NCBI GenBank assembly: GCA_040905325.1
Contig: JBBDRS010000038.1
Location: 68,801 to 132,800 of the forward strand
Direction: 5' to 3'
DNA: 64,000 nucleotides
From: Gemmatimonadota bacterium
GTDB lineage: Bacteria > Gemmatimonadota > Gemmatimonadetes > Longimicrobiales > Gaopeijiaceae
Shown: positions 34,430 through 42,771 of the stretch, in pieces
Numbering within the stretch: the first letter of the stretch is position 1
Layout of the letters: each line of letters opens with the position of its first letter
Notes under the pieces: model-generated
Database searches by the model: none
What the model was told of the DNA's origin: nothing
Seen by the model: the letters and a program-made list of their open reading frames with translations, nothing else
Translations under genes and position numbers: made by a program

Positions 34430-36307
34430 ATGCCACGACTCGCCTCCCACTCGCACCGATCTCCTCGCTTCCTTTTCCGGGCCTTCGGCGGCGGCGTCAC
34501 TCCGTTCCGTTTCGCCGGGTCGCTCCGGGCGTGCGTTCTCCTCGCCCTCCCCGCATGCGCGCCAGACCCCGACGCTCCATCCGAACCCCCTCCGACGGCG
34601 GATGTCCAGGTGGAGGCGATCATCGAGGGGGCCTATGTGAGTCCGGTCACGAACACCCCCTACGGCGGGAGCCATGTCCGGCAGTACCCGGGACAACCGA
34701 GCGGCACGGTCACCACGCACGGGGAGGTGATCGTCCTCGAGCTCGACGAGGGAGTCGTGTCGGAGGAGAACCTCTTCGACCTGGACGGACGGACCCTTCG
34801 CTTCACCCCAGAGGGGGAGGGATTTCGCGTGGAGAACCTTGCTCTCGAGTGGGTGGAGGAGCGAGGCGAGGTCCTCCGTGGGCAGGCACTCGAGCTCGCC
34901 ACCCCCTTCCCCTTTTCGGGTTCGACCTGGACCTCGGCGGTGGTCGACAACATGGGTCTCATCACCTTCGGGGGAGGCTACGACGACTTCGGCCTCGGGC
35001 GCTTCGTGCACTACGAGCTCGCGGGACCGTCGATGGTGGGGAAGGTGCCGGCCATTGTTCCGTTCCTGAAGCATCGGATGCGGGGAGAGCGCTATGTCCA
35101 CGAGACCCCGGATCGGGTCGTGATCACCTGGGATCAGACGGAGCCGGCGGGGGGTCAGCAGGACTTCACCTTCGAGCCTACTCCCCACCTCTACCAGGCT
35201 GTCCTCCACTCGGATGGGCGCATCGACCTCTCCTACCAGGAGATGACTGCTCGGGACGCCATCGTGGGCGTCTTCGCCGTACCGTCGGAGAACCTGCCGC
35301 CGACACAGGCGGTCGACCTTTCGGCGATGGACCCGTCGGCCGAGCCCGCTCCCGCGGTGTTCGAGGGGTTCCATCGCTACGGTCTCCCCCGCGCGGAGAA
35401 CCTGGCCTGCACCGTCATCGACGCGTTCGGAGATCGCTTCGACTTCATGGTCTGGTATTCCGACTTTCGGATGGACGACCAGGAGGCAGGGACGCGGAGC
35501 GATGGGGACATTTCCCAGGAGGTCGAGGGGATCGGCGATCGGATGGACATCGGCCGGCGACCGGAGGACTACTGCTCCGACGGACGCCTCCAGGTGACCT
35601 GGCATCAGCCGGTCTGGGTGGGCGCCGTCCAGGCCCAGGAATCGTCCCCGGACCGATCCTGGAACCGGTATGATCGGGCGATGGCCCAGATCGCCCACGA
35701 GCACGGCCACCGATGGTCGACCCGGACACAGGCCATCGTGAACGGGGACACGGTCGATCTGCGCGGGACGCACGTGCCCTGGGCGATGTCGGGGGCGGGG
35801 CACTGGCCGGGTGGCTTGCACACCCCCTCGCCCTTCCCCTATGGGGACGGCGAGCACGAGGGGTCGGTCATGGGGGGCGCGGTCTACCAGGACAATGAGG
35901 ACGGAACCTTCACCGTCCTGGACCGCGGCACCATGCATCCGGCTTCGGGCTTTTCATACCTCGAGCTCTACCTGATCGGGGTGCTTCCTCCCGAGGAGGT
36001 TCCCCCCTTCTTCCTCCTTCAGGACACGGAGACGGTCGGGCGCGACGAGGCCGGCCGACAGGTCATCGAGGCCGACAAGATCGACATTACCCTGGCGGAC
36101 GTGATCGCGCACAACGGCCCCCGCGTGCCTTCCGTCGAAGAGGCTCCGAAGGACTTTACGAGCGCATTCGTGGCGGTCGTGCTCCCTGGGCAGTCGCCGA
36201 GCCCGGAGCTTCTGGAGGGCACGGAAGGAATCCGCCGCCAGTGGATCGAGTACTGGGAGCGGATCACCGGTGGGCGATCGACGATGAGTACGGACCCGGA
36301 GGGATGA
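34430..36307 (+). CDS. putative secreted/lipoprotein zinc metalloprotease (HExxH)
   Basis: Signal with a possible lipobox (ACVLLALPAC), and a single HEHGH motif in ...RAMAQIAHEHGHRWSTR... No other family motif recognised. The start is uncertain (34385 or 34430). Confidence 0.5.
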   Translation: MPRLASHSHRSPRFLFRAFGGGVTPFRFAGSLRACVLLALPACAPDPDAPSEPPPTADVQVEAIIEGAYVSPVTNTPYGGSHVRQYPGQPSGTVTTHGEVIVLELDEGVVSEENLFDLDGRTLRFTPEGEGFRVENLALEWVEERGEVLRGQALELATPFPFSGSTWTSAVVDNMGLITFGGGYDDFGLGRFVHYELAGPSMVGKVPAIVPFLKHRMRGERYVHETPDRVVITWDQTEPAGGQQDFTFEPTPHLYQAVLHSDGRIDLSYQEMTARDAIVGVFAVPSENLPPTQAVDLSAMDPSAEPAPAVFEGFHRYGLPRAENLACTVIDAFGDRFDFMVWYSDFRMDDQEAGTRSDGDISQEVEGIGDRMDIGRRPEDYCSDGRLQVTWHQPVWVGAVQAQESSPDRSWNRYDRAMAQIAHEHGHRWSTRTQAIVNGDTVDLRGTHVPWAMSGAGHWPGGLHTPSPFPYGDGEHEGSVMGGAVYQDNEDGTFTVLDRGTMHPASGFSYLELYLIGVLPPEEVPPFFLLQDTETVGRDEAGRQVIEADKIDITLADVIAHNGPRVPSVEEAPKDFTSAFVAVVLPGQSPSPELLEGTEGIRRQWIEYWERITGGRSTMSTDPEG

Positions 36308-36358
36308 GGGGGGCCGAGACCGGAGGCGCGCTTCCCATGTCAGCTCGATGAGGCGCCC

Positions 36359-36994
36359 ATGAGGCGGAGGACCTTCCTCGCGGCATTCGCGGCCGCGGCT
36401 GCGGCGCCCCTGCTGCTCCGCGCGCCCCCCACCCGGAGCGGGGATCCCTCCATCATCACCCTCTCGGGATCGGGCCCCGAGGGACGCTGGTTCGCGGAAA
36501 CGTCGCTCTTCGGGAAGATCCTGACCCGCGAGATCCCGGGCCTGACCGTGAACGGCGTCATCGGAAAAGGGGTGTCGATCGGGAACATCCGGCGCATCGC
36601 CGCGGGGGCGGTGGAGGGCGGGCGCTTCTACCTCTTCGATCTCCAGGGCGCCCATGCCGGGGAGGGCACGGTCTGTTACTCGGGCGACAGCGGGCCGTGC
36701 GAGGAACTCATCGAGCTGGCACATGGGTGCGACCTCCTGATCCACATGAACCATCACTTCAGTGGAACCGAGCCAACCCCGGCCTACCGAGCGGCTTGTG
36801 GGAACCACCGAGACAATGCGATCGTCGCGCGGCGGGCGGGGGTGAAGGCACTCGTCCTCACGCACCTGCTCCCCGAGATCGATCGGCCGGGAGTGCGGGA
36901 GCGGATCGTCCGCGAGATCCAGGAGGAGTTCGACGGGCTCGTGATCTGGGGGGAGGACCTGATGGAGCTCACCGTGCCGGTGGCGGGGGTGTGA
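36359..36994 (+). CDS. chimeric ORF: TAXI-type TRAP solute-receptor N-terminus fused to MBL-fold hydrolase C-terminus (probable deletion fusion)
   Basis: Residues 1-100 carry a Tat/Sec-like signal (MRRRTFLAAFAAAAAAPLL) plus IITLSGSGPEGRWFAETSLFGKILTREIPGLTV..GKGVSIGNIRRIAAG...FDLQGAHAGEG, a TAXI-like pattern. Residues ~103-211 read VCYSGDSGPCEELIELAHGCDLLIHMN...AGVKALVLTHLLPE...LVIWGEDLMEL, an MBL-fold C-terminal pattern. Confidence 0.45.
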   Translation: MRRRTFLAAFAAAAAAPLLLRAPPTRSGDPSIITLSGSGPEGRWFAETSLFGKILTREIPGLTVNGVIGKGVSIGNIRRIAAGAVEGGRFYLFDLQGAHAGEGTVCYSGDSGPCEELIELAHGCDLLIHMNHHFSGTEPTPAYRAACGNHRDNAIVARRAGVKALVLTHLLPEIDRPGVRERIVREIQEEFDGLVIWGEDLMELTVPVAGV

Positions 36995-37072
36995 ACCAGG
37001 GGCGCGCTCCCGTCGGCCAGAACCTCATCGGGGAGACGTCGGCGCTCCAGAGGGATTGCGGCGGCGGATCGG

Positions 37073-37936
37073 ATGCCTCAGGATCCGGACCGTTCTCTCT
37101 CCTTCTGCCCCCGGGCAGCTCATCCATCTCCAGGACCCCCCACGCCGGTGACCGCACTCGAAGCCATCTTCCTCGGATTCCTCCAGGGAGCCACCGAATT
37201 CCTCCCCGTCTCATCTTCGGGGCACCTGGTGATGGGGCAGGAGCTCCTCGGGATCACTCTCTTCGGCATCACCTTCGAGGTCGTGGTGCACGTAGCCACG
37301 CTCATATCGGTGCTGGTGGTATATCGGGAGCGCCTGGTCGATCTTACCCGTCGGACTATGATAGAGCGGCAGGGGGAGGCCTGGCGGTACGTGGGGCTAC
37401 TGGCGGTGGGCACGCTCCCCGTCATGGTCGTGGGCCTTACGCAGGGAGATCGGGTGGAGACGCTCTTCAACACTCCGGCCACGGTCGGCTTCGCGCTCCT
37501 CTTTACCGGGACCTTCCTCGTGAGCACCTGGTGGGCCCTGAAGCGGAAGCTCGAGGACCGATTCGGATTCAGGGTGGCCCTCCTAATCGGCCTGGCCCAA
37601 TGCCTGGCCCTGATCCCCGGGGTCTCCCGCTCCGGAGTCACCGTCACCACCGCCCTGTGGCTAGGTGTGTCGCCATTGGAAGCTGCGGCCTTCTCCTTCC
37701 TCCTCTCCATCCCGGCCATCGCCGGCGCGGCGATCCTTCAACTTCCGGAGCTGACGGACGGAACGCTCGCGATCGCCCCCCTGCCCCTCGGCCTGGCTTT
37801 CGTCAGCGCCGCGGTGACGGGGGTCCTTGCGATCCGGCTCTTCGTGACGATGCTCAGAAACCGCTCGTTTCCCGCGTTCGCAGGGTATTGCTGGTTCGCC
37901 GGGCTCGGTTTTCTGACGTGGCTGGCGCTGGGCTGA
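37073..37936 (+). CDS. uppP: undecaprenyl-diphosphate phosphatase
   Basis: LEAIFLGFLQGATEFLPVSSSGHLV and IPGVSRSGVTVTTALWLG are conserved BacA/UppP motifs. The true start may be GTG 37148. Confidence 0.85.
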   Translation: MPQDPDRSLSFCPRAAHPSPGPPTPVTALEAIFLGFLQGATEFLPVSSSGHLVMGQELLGITLFGITFEVVVHVATLISVLVVYRERLVDLTRRTMIERQGEAWRYVGLLAVGTLPVMVVGLTQGDRVETLFNTPATVGFALLFTGTFLVSTWWALKRKLEDRFGFRVALLIGLAQCLALIPGVSRSGVTVTTALWLGVSPLEAAAFSFLLSIPAIAGAAILQLPELTDGTLAIAPLPLGLAFVSAAVTGVLAIRLFVTMLRNRSFPAFAGYCWFAGLGFLTWLALG

Positions 37937-37940
37937 CCGA

Positions 37941-38666
37941 CTATCCGCCCTGCATCCGCCTTGGGCCGAGGTATTCCCTTCTGAACTGGTGATGGGCCCG
38001 AGCCTCCTGCGGCCCACCGATCCAGTGCGTCGTGCCCGCCGTCACCCAGATGATCTCGTCGCTTACCGCGAAGAGGTCATCCACGTCATGACCGGTGACC
38101 AGGATCGCCGCACCCCGACCGCGAAGGGCGCGGAGCCCTTCCCGGATCAGCGAGCGATCCAGAGGAGCGACCCCGGCGAATGGCTCGTCCATGAGGAGGC
38201 ATTCAGGATCTCGAATCATTGCCAGCGCAAGGGACACCCTCTGCTTTTCTCCGCCTGAGATGTCCGGTGGCCGTCGACCCAGAACTTCCCCGAGCCTCAA
38301 CTGTTCTATCGCCTCCTCGACTCGGCCTCGGCCGTCGTAGATCTGGCCCACAGATTCCAGATGGTGCCGCACGGTGAAGAGTCCGGTCAGAGCGGAGCCC
38401 TGAGCCACGTACATCAGCCCTTCCTGGGCCAACTTCCAGAGTATGGGCCGTTCAATGAACCGGCCGTTGTAGACGATCCGGCCCCATTCCGGTCGGACCC
38501 GCCCTACCACGATCCGGAGCATGGTGGTCTTCCCTGCCCCGTTCCTGCCCATGAGAGCCGTCACCCGTCCCCGGTGAACGCTGAAGGCCGCAGACTTGAG
38601 GACCACTTGTCTGCCAAAGCTCTTTCCAAGCCCGTCGGCTTCGAGGATCGGGTGCTCTCCCGTCAT
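37941..38666 (-). CDS. ABC transporter ATP-binding protein (LptB/LivF-like size, no cognate permease nearby)
   Basis: Walker A GRNGAGKTT, signature ISGGEKQRV, Walker B LLMDEPFAGV, H-loop TGHD. Confidence 0.85.
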   Translation of the reverse strand: MTGEHPILEADGLGKSFGRQVVLKSAAFSVHRGRVTALMGRNGAGKTTMLRIVVGRVRPEWGRIVYNGRFIERPILWKLAQEGLMYVAQGSALTGLFTVRHHLESVGQIYDGRGRVEEAIEQLRLGEVLGRRPPDISGGEKQRVSLALAMIRDPECLLMDEPFAGVAPLDRSLIREGLRALRGRGAAILVTGHDVDDLFAVSDEIIWVTAGTTHWIGGPQEARAHHQFRREYLGPRRMQGG

Positions 38667-38941
38667 CGGAGCACGATCTCCATCAAGATCGGAAAGGGGA
38701 GTGCGTTGACACCGATCGCAAAACGGGGAATGCCGAGATTCCCGAGGAAAAGGTCCTCATCCCGCCTCCGAGCATCGAGGTATACCACCGCTGCCGCGAG
38801 GCCGACGATCCAGATCTGCTGGAGCAGGTTCGGACTGGTGATCTCGACCCCCGCCGCGAGGACCCTGATGCCAACCCATGCGATCAGTCCGCGGGCGAGG
38901 AATGCGTTCCGGAAGGGGCCGAGTCTCAGCAGACGAATCAT
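38663..38941 (-). CDS. small hydrophobic membrane protein (92 aa) coupled to the ABC ATPase
   Basis: Two to three hydrophobic segments (GLIAWVGIRVLAAGV, IWIVGLAAAVVYL, FAIGVNALPFPILMEIV). The stop overlaps the ABC ATG (ATGA). Confidence 0.45.
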   Translation of the reverse strand: MIRLLRLGPFRNAFLARGLIAWVGIRVLAAGVEITSPNLLQQIWIVGLAAAVVYLDARRRDEDLFLGNLGIPRFAIGVNALPFPILMEIVLR

Positions 38942-39027
38942 CTGGTCCGACCCATGGGTCCTGCGCGCTTCTTCATGCTCGAATCCTGGAGAGAGGAGCA
39001 GCCAGGACTGCGCGATGTGGCATGATG

Positions 39028-40206
39028 CTACTGCGCGCTTCGCGTGATCCGCGCGGCTACTACGTCGACCTCGTCGAACTCCCCGATCCTGAAGGCCCAG
39101 ATCGTATCACCTCGTGCCTCCTGAAACCGAAGGCCATCCGGGAGTTGCATCCTCGCCACCAGGTCTCCGTCGGGGGACAACACGTCAAGATGAGCACCCG
39201 CCACTCCATAAACCAGATCGAAGGTCGAGTCGAGCCTTGGGAGTTCCCGTTGGATCCAGAGGCGTCCGTCGTGATCGAGATGGAGTCTTGAGAACAGTGC
39301 CTTCGTCTCCGACCGGGGAAGCCCCCCCACCTCCTCGACCACCTCGGCACCGACCTCCGCACGCGCACCGCCGTAACCGAAGAGCTCACGGTCGGTAATA
39401 CAAGTGTGCGACTTGGCCTCGTCGCCCCGGCCGTATACGATCACCTCGTAGCGATCGGATCGAGGCGCCACCGCCCAACGATCCACCCCTACGGCGAGCA
39501 GCGTACGAGGCCATTCGGGACGCGCGAGCCGATCATACGCCGGGACCAGCCCATCGGGATACTCCGCCTCCCAGATCACGGAGCGCTCCCTATCTCCCGG
39601 CGCCGCGCGGGCGTACGTAACCGTCCCGTCTTCCGAAGCAGAAGAAGGCAACTCCACAAACACCGCGCCATCTCCTCGCATTCCAAACCACCCGACCTGG
39701 CCTGACGCAAACACGGGCGCCAGAAGGTCGGAGGGCATGCTCAGAGTCTCCGAGCCGCCGGACTCGATGTCGTAGCGTTCCAACTTGGACTGGGACGCAT
39801 CCAGCGCGAGCAACTCACCATCAGGAGTCCAGGCCGTGGAAAGCGGGTTCAGTAATTCACCGGGCCCCTGGCCTCGTCCCGCCACAGGGTCCATCCACCT
39901 CCCGTCGACGTTCACCAACCACACGTCACCGCTGCCGAAATCGGCGATCGCCAGCGTGCCATCCGCCCGAACTCGGGCAGATGTGGGCATCATCAACTCA
40001 GCTCCGTCCTCCTCCAATCCCCCGGCGCGCCAGAGTTCGACCGCTCCCCATTGCTCCACCTCCGCCACCTCATCGGCTGTGACCTGGACGACGGGACCTT
40101 CAGGATCCGGCACCTCGCAGACCCATGTCTCCTCGCTCCCGCAACCGACCAAGACGAACAACAAGGGAAGCGGAACTGCCCTCCAAGGAGAGGATCGGGA
40201 TTCCAC
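39028..40206 (-). CDS. lipoprotein with beta-propeller-like repeats
   Basis: Lipobox LLFVLVGCGS. Repeated DG-x-hydrophobic-strand units occur (DGTLAIADFGSGDVWLV, DGELLALDASQSKLERYD, DGRLWIQRE, DGDLVARMQLPDG). The propeller assignment is inference only. Confidence 0.45.
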   Translation of the reverse strand: MESRSSPWRAVPLPLLFVLVGCGSEETWVCEVPDPEGPVVQVTADEVAEVEQWGAVELWRAGGLEEDGAELMMPTSARVRADGTLAIADFGSGDVWLVNVDGRWMDPVAGRGQGPGELLNPLSTAWTPDGELLALDASQSKLERYDIESGGSETLSMPSDLLAPVFASGQVGWFGMRGDGAVFVELPSSASEDGTVTYARAAPGDRERSVIWEAEYPDGLVPAYDRLARPEWPRTLLAVGVDRWAVAPRSDRYEVIVYGRGDEAKSHTCITDRELFGYGGARAEVGAEVVEEVGGLPRSETKALFSRLHLDHDGRLWIQRELPRLDSTFDLVYGVAGAHLDVLSPDGDLVARMQLPDGLRFQEARGDTIWAFRIGEFDEVDVVAARITRSAQ

Positions 40207-40336
40207 CTTATAACCAACCTTTCAAGGGTGTCATCTCGCGAGGGTCTCAATAGAGGCGCGCAGCGCCGGAATCGGCAACCCGTGGCCAAGCGCTGCGGTA
40301 AAACCCACCTGTCTCACCGGCGATTGAAACCCCGTT

Positions 40337-41107
40337 TCATTGCGAATCGACGGCTTCCAGGAGATCGAGGACGGCTTGGGTCATGATCGCACGCTGCTCA
40401 GCGGCTGGTATTCGCGGCCGTCTGTCCATTGGCTGAAAGCCATACCAACCGAACTGCGAGTGATTCCCGCCTTCCACCCATACCCACCGCGTCTGGGCTG
40501 GGAGAAGACTAGCGTTCTGCTCGACTTCTGCAGGCGACGCGAGTCCGTCCCGTGTACCGACGACCTTCGTGACGGGTATATCGAGGCTGCTCAGGTCCAC
40601 GTCTCTGGGGTGAGACGTACCGATCAGGACAAGGCCGGCGAGCCGCGGCTCCTGGGCGGAGATTGCTGAAGCCACCACGGCGCCGCGCGAGTGACCCCCG
40701 ACGACGACTGCTCGCTGTTCAGGAACTGACGCCAGCGCTGCTGCAATCCGAATCCGAAGCTCCCGGGATTCGGCACCCCCGAAGGCGCCGCGGCTCGGGA
40801 GCTCTATCAGGAGAACGTGGTACCCTGCCTCTGCTACAGAACGGGCGAGTGGGGCGTACGCTCTAGGATCTACCAGGGCTCCCGGGAAGAAGACGAGTGT
40901 CGATGACCTCGGACCTGTGGCAGGGTTGAACCGCCAAATCCCTTCGGCGTATGCGACCGCGACCGTGTGATCAGCCACCGTGGCTGCTCGACCCTCGGAA
41001 TTCGATCGGTACGCGATGAGGGACCACGCGACGAACACGGCCGTCGCGGTAAGGCCCACGGCCATCCAGATCCGTCGAATGACCGGCCAATGCCTGCGGA
41101 TTCCCAC
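40337..41107 (-). CDS. alpha/beta hydrolase
   Basis: N-terminal TM anchor, nucleophile elbow VVGGHSRGA, and C-terminal ...GGNHSQF... (His). Confidence 0.7.
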   Translation of the reverse strand: MGIRRHWPVIRRIWMAVGLTATAVFVAWSLIAYRSNSEGRAATVADHTVAVAYAEGIWRFNPATGPRSSTLVFFPGALVDPRAYAPLARSVAEAGYHVLLIELPSRGAFGGAESRELRIRIAAALASVPEQRAVVVGGHSRGAVVASAISAQEPRLAGLVLIGTSHPRDVDLSSLDIPVTKVVGTRDGLASPAEVEQNASLLPAQTRWVWVEGGNHSQFGWYGFQPMDRRPRIPAAEQRAIMTQAVLDLLEAVDSQ

Positions 41108-41130
41108 GATAGGTTCTGGGTGCGAGTTCT

Positions 41131-41625
41131 CTACCCGCGCTTCGCTGCGTCGTTGATGCTGCCTTCCGCAAGCTTGTCGAGCTTATTGTCCGCCGCGTAC
41201 TCCTGGTCGAGGATCTGGTTCAGGACTTTGGCGTCCGCTTCCCGGCCGAGAGCGCGTGCGTAGGCCCGTGCCGTGCCATATCCCGAGATTTCGTAATGCT
41301 CCACACGCTGAGCGGCGGCGATCAGGAAGGCGTCCCGCACTGCGGGCGACGCCTTTTCGTCGATCGCGTCCCCGGCCTCCTCCAGCAGGCCTTCCATGCC
41401 CTTGCACTTCGTGCTGCCAGGGTTCTCGTCCAGGTTTTGCAGAAGTTGGTGAACCTTCTCGAAGTGCTGCTCGGATTCCTTCAGGTGGCTTGCGAACGCT
41501 TCTCGCAGTTGAGGCGAGTTGGCCGCTTTCACCATTTCGGGCAACGCTTCGCTCAGCTGCTTCTCGGCACTGTACAGGTCCTTCAACTCGTGCACGTAGA
41601 GATCCTCGAGAGTCTTCAGTGACAT
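41131..41625 (-). CDS. ferritin-like DUF892 (YciE/YciF-type) stress protein
   Basis: MSLKTLEDLYVHELKDLYSAEKQLSEALPEMV...VEHYEISGYGTARAYA is the typical DUF892 signature. ATG at 41625. Confidence 0.8.
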   Translation of the reverse strand: MSLKTLEDLYVHELKDLYSAEKQLSEALPEMVKAANSPQLREAFASHLKESEQHFEKVHQLLQNLDENPGSTKCKGMEGLLEEAGDAIDEKASPAVRDAFLIAAAQRVEHYEISGYGTARAYARALGREADAKVLNQILDQEYAADNKLDKLAEGSINDAAKRG

Positions 41626-41892
41626 GTCCGTTTCCCGGTGTCTGGTGAACAGTTCTGGACTCGCCCGGAGAAGCAGGTCCGATGCCAGATGCTCCTCAAT
41701 GGCGGGGGCGACTGCGTGAGCGGCCCCACTAGCATTCTGCGGGTCCCTGATGGCACCCGAACGTCCCCCCATTCCGAAAGCTAATGGCTGGGGTCCCCGC
41801 CCGCATCACTTTTCTATCCGGCCTGGGCCGGCCGCAGGGAGCCGCATGAGATGGAGGCCTCGGCCGCAAAACACCACGCTCCCAGCCTTGCT

Positions 41893-42435
41893 CTACCTCG
41901 AGGCCCTCACCTCCATGGGCTGAAGCACGTCGACCGGAGCCGGAGCCTGTGCGTCTGGCAACCACCGGTACCACAGCGTTCCCGCCACCGCGACCAACAC
42001 GTCATCCACGCAGGCATCACCTGATCCCTCCGCGAGCCCCGCCTCCGTTACCCGTCCCTCCCATCCCACCTTCAACTTTACGGTGGCCCGGCTGCCTTCC
42101 AGATCTGCGCGCCTCGCCCAGTGGCACTCCGGCTCCAAGGGAATCCCCGCGATGTTCACCGCTCGCGCCTCGAGCACTCGTTCCGGGGGTTCCTGGCGCT
42201 CCACCCCGTCTCCCAAGAGGATCCTCGGCGGGCCGAACGTAACATCGACCCATCTCACCTCCCCCTCTTCGCCACCCACCACCTTGGGGGGCACGGAGGA
42301 CCGGTCGGGAAGGACAGTCCGGAACTCAGGGGAAAACCAGAACAATCCCGCGTGTAGGAGCACTGCAACGCCGAGTGACCACCCAAAGGTCCGGCGGTGC
42401 GTTCTCCGCAACTCCTCCGATCGACGCCCCATCAC
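41893..42435 (-). CDS. TonB-like / energy-transducer C-terminal-like membrane-anchored protein
   Basis: Single N-terminal TM (FGWSLGVAVLLHAGLFWF), a linker, then a ~80-aa C-terminal domain (ATVKLKVGWEGRVTEAGLAEGSGDACVDDVLVAV). Weak resemblance only. Confidence 0.35.
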   Translation of the reverse strand: MMGRRSEELRRTHRRTFGWSLGVAVLLHAGLFWFSPEFRTVLPDRSSVPPKVVGGEEGEVRWVDVTFGPPRILLGDGVERQEPPERVLEARAVNIAGIPLEPECHWARRADLEGSRATVKLKVGWEGRVTEAGLAEGSGDACVDDVLVAVAGTLWYRWLPDAQAPAPVDVLQPMEVRASR

Positions 42436-42470
42436 ATCTCCAGTCGAATCCCGGGCGCAGTGGTGCTACC

Positions 42471-42771
42471 CTAGAAGGCCGTTGAAGAAGTAGCGGGGCC
42501 ACCGTTGGGAGCGCCGGACCACCGCTGACGCGGTGGTGCCCCCCGAATCGTAGGCGGCTCGTCGACGGCATAGCCGTGGCTACGTCGAGGCGAGCCAACG
42601 ACCGAGGCGGGTCCCTGCCGCCCCAACCCGCAGGGCGAAGGGGGGTTGCGGCCCTGGATCGTCGTTGGAGCCCCTCCCCGATGCTACCGCATCGCCTTCG
42701 GCGCTCCGCCTCGACCAGGAACCGCAAGACCCCTTCGCGGTGGCCCCGCTACTTCTTCAACGGCCTTCTAG
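42471..42771. mobile_element. MITE-like element: 301 bp, perfect 34-bp terminal inverted repeats, TACC flanking duplication
   Basis: ctagaaggccgttgaagaagtagcggggccaccg at 42471-42504 is the exact reverse complement of 42738-42771. TACC occurs at 42467-42470 and 42772-42775. The interior is rich in hairpins. An alternative reading is a structured ncRNA. Confidence 0.55.

Noticed and set aside
42471-42771. The inverted-repeat element as a retron msr/msd or an IscB/TnpB guide (omega) RNA.
   Set aside because: No reverse transcriptase, IscB or TnpB gene lies adjacent. Perfect 34-bp TIRs with a 4-bp flanking duplication fit a MITE better.
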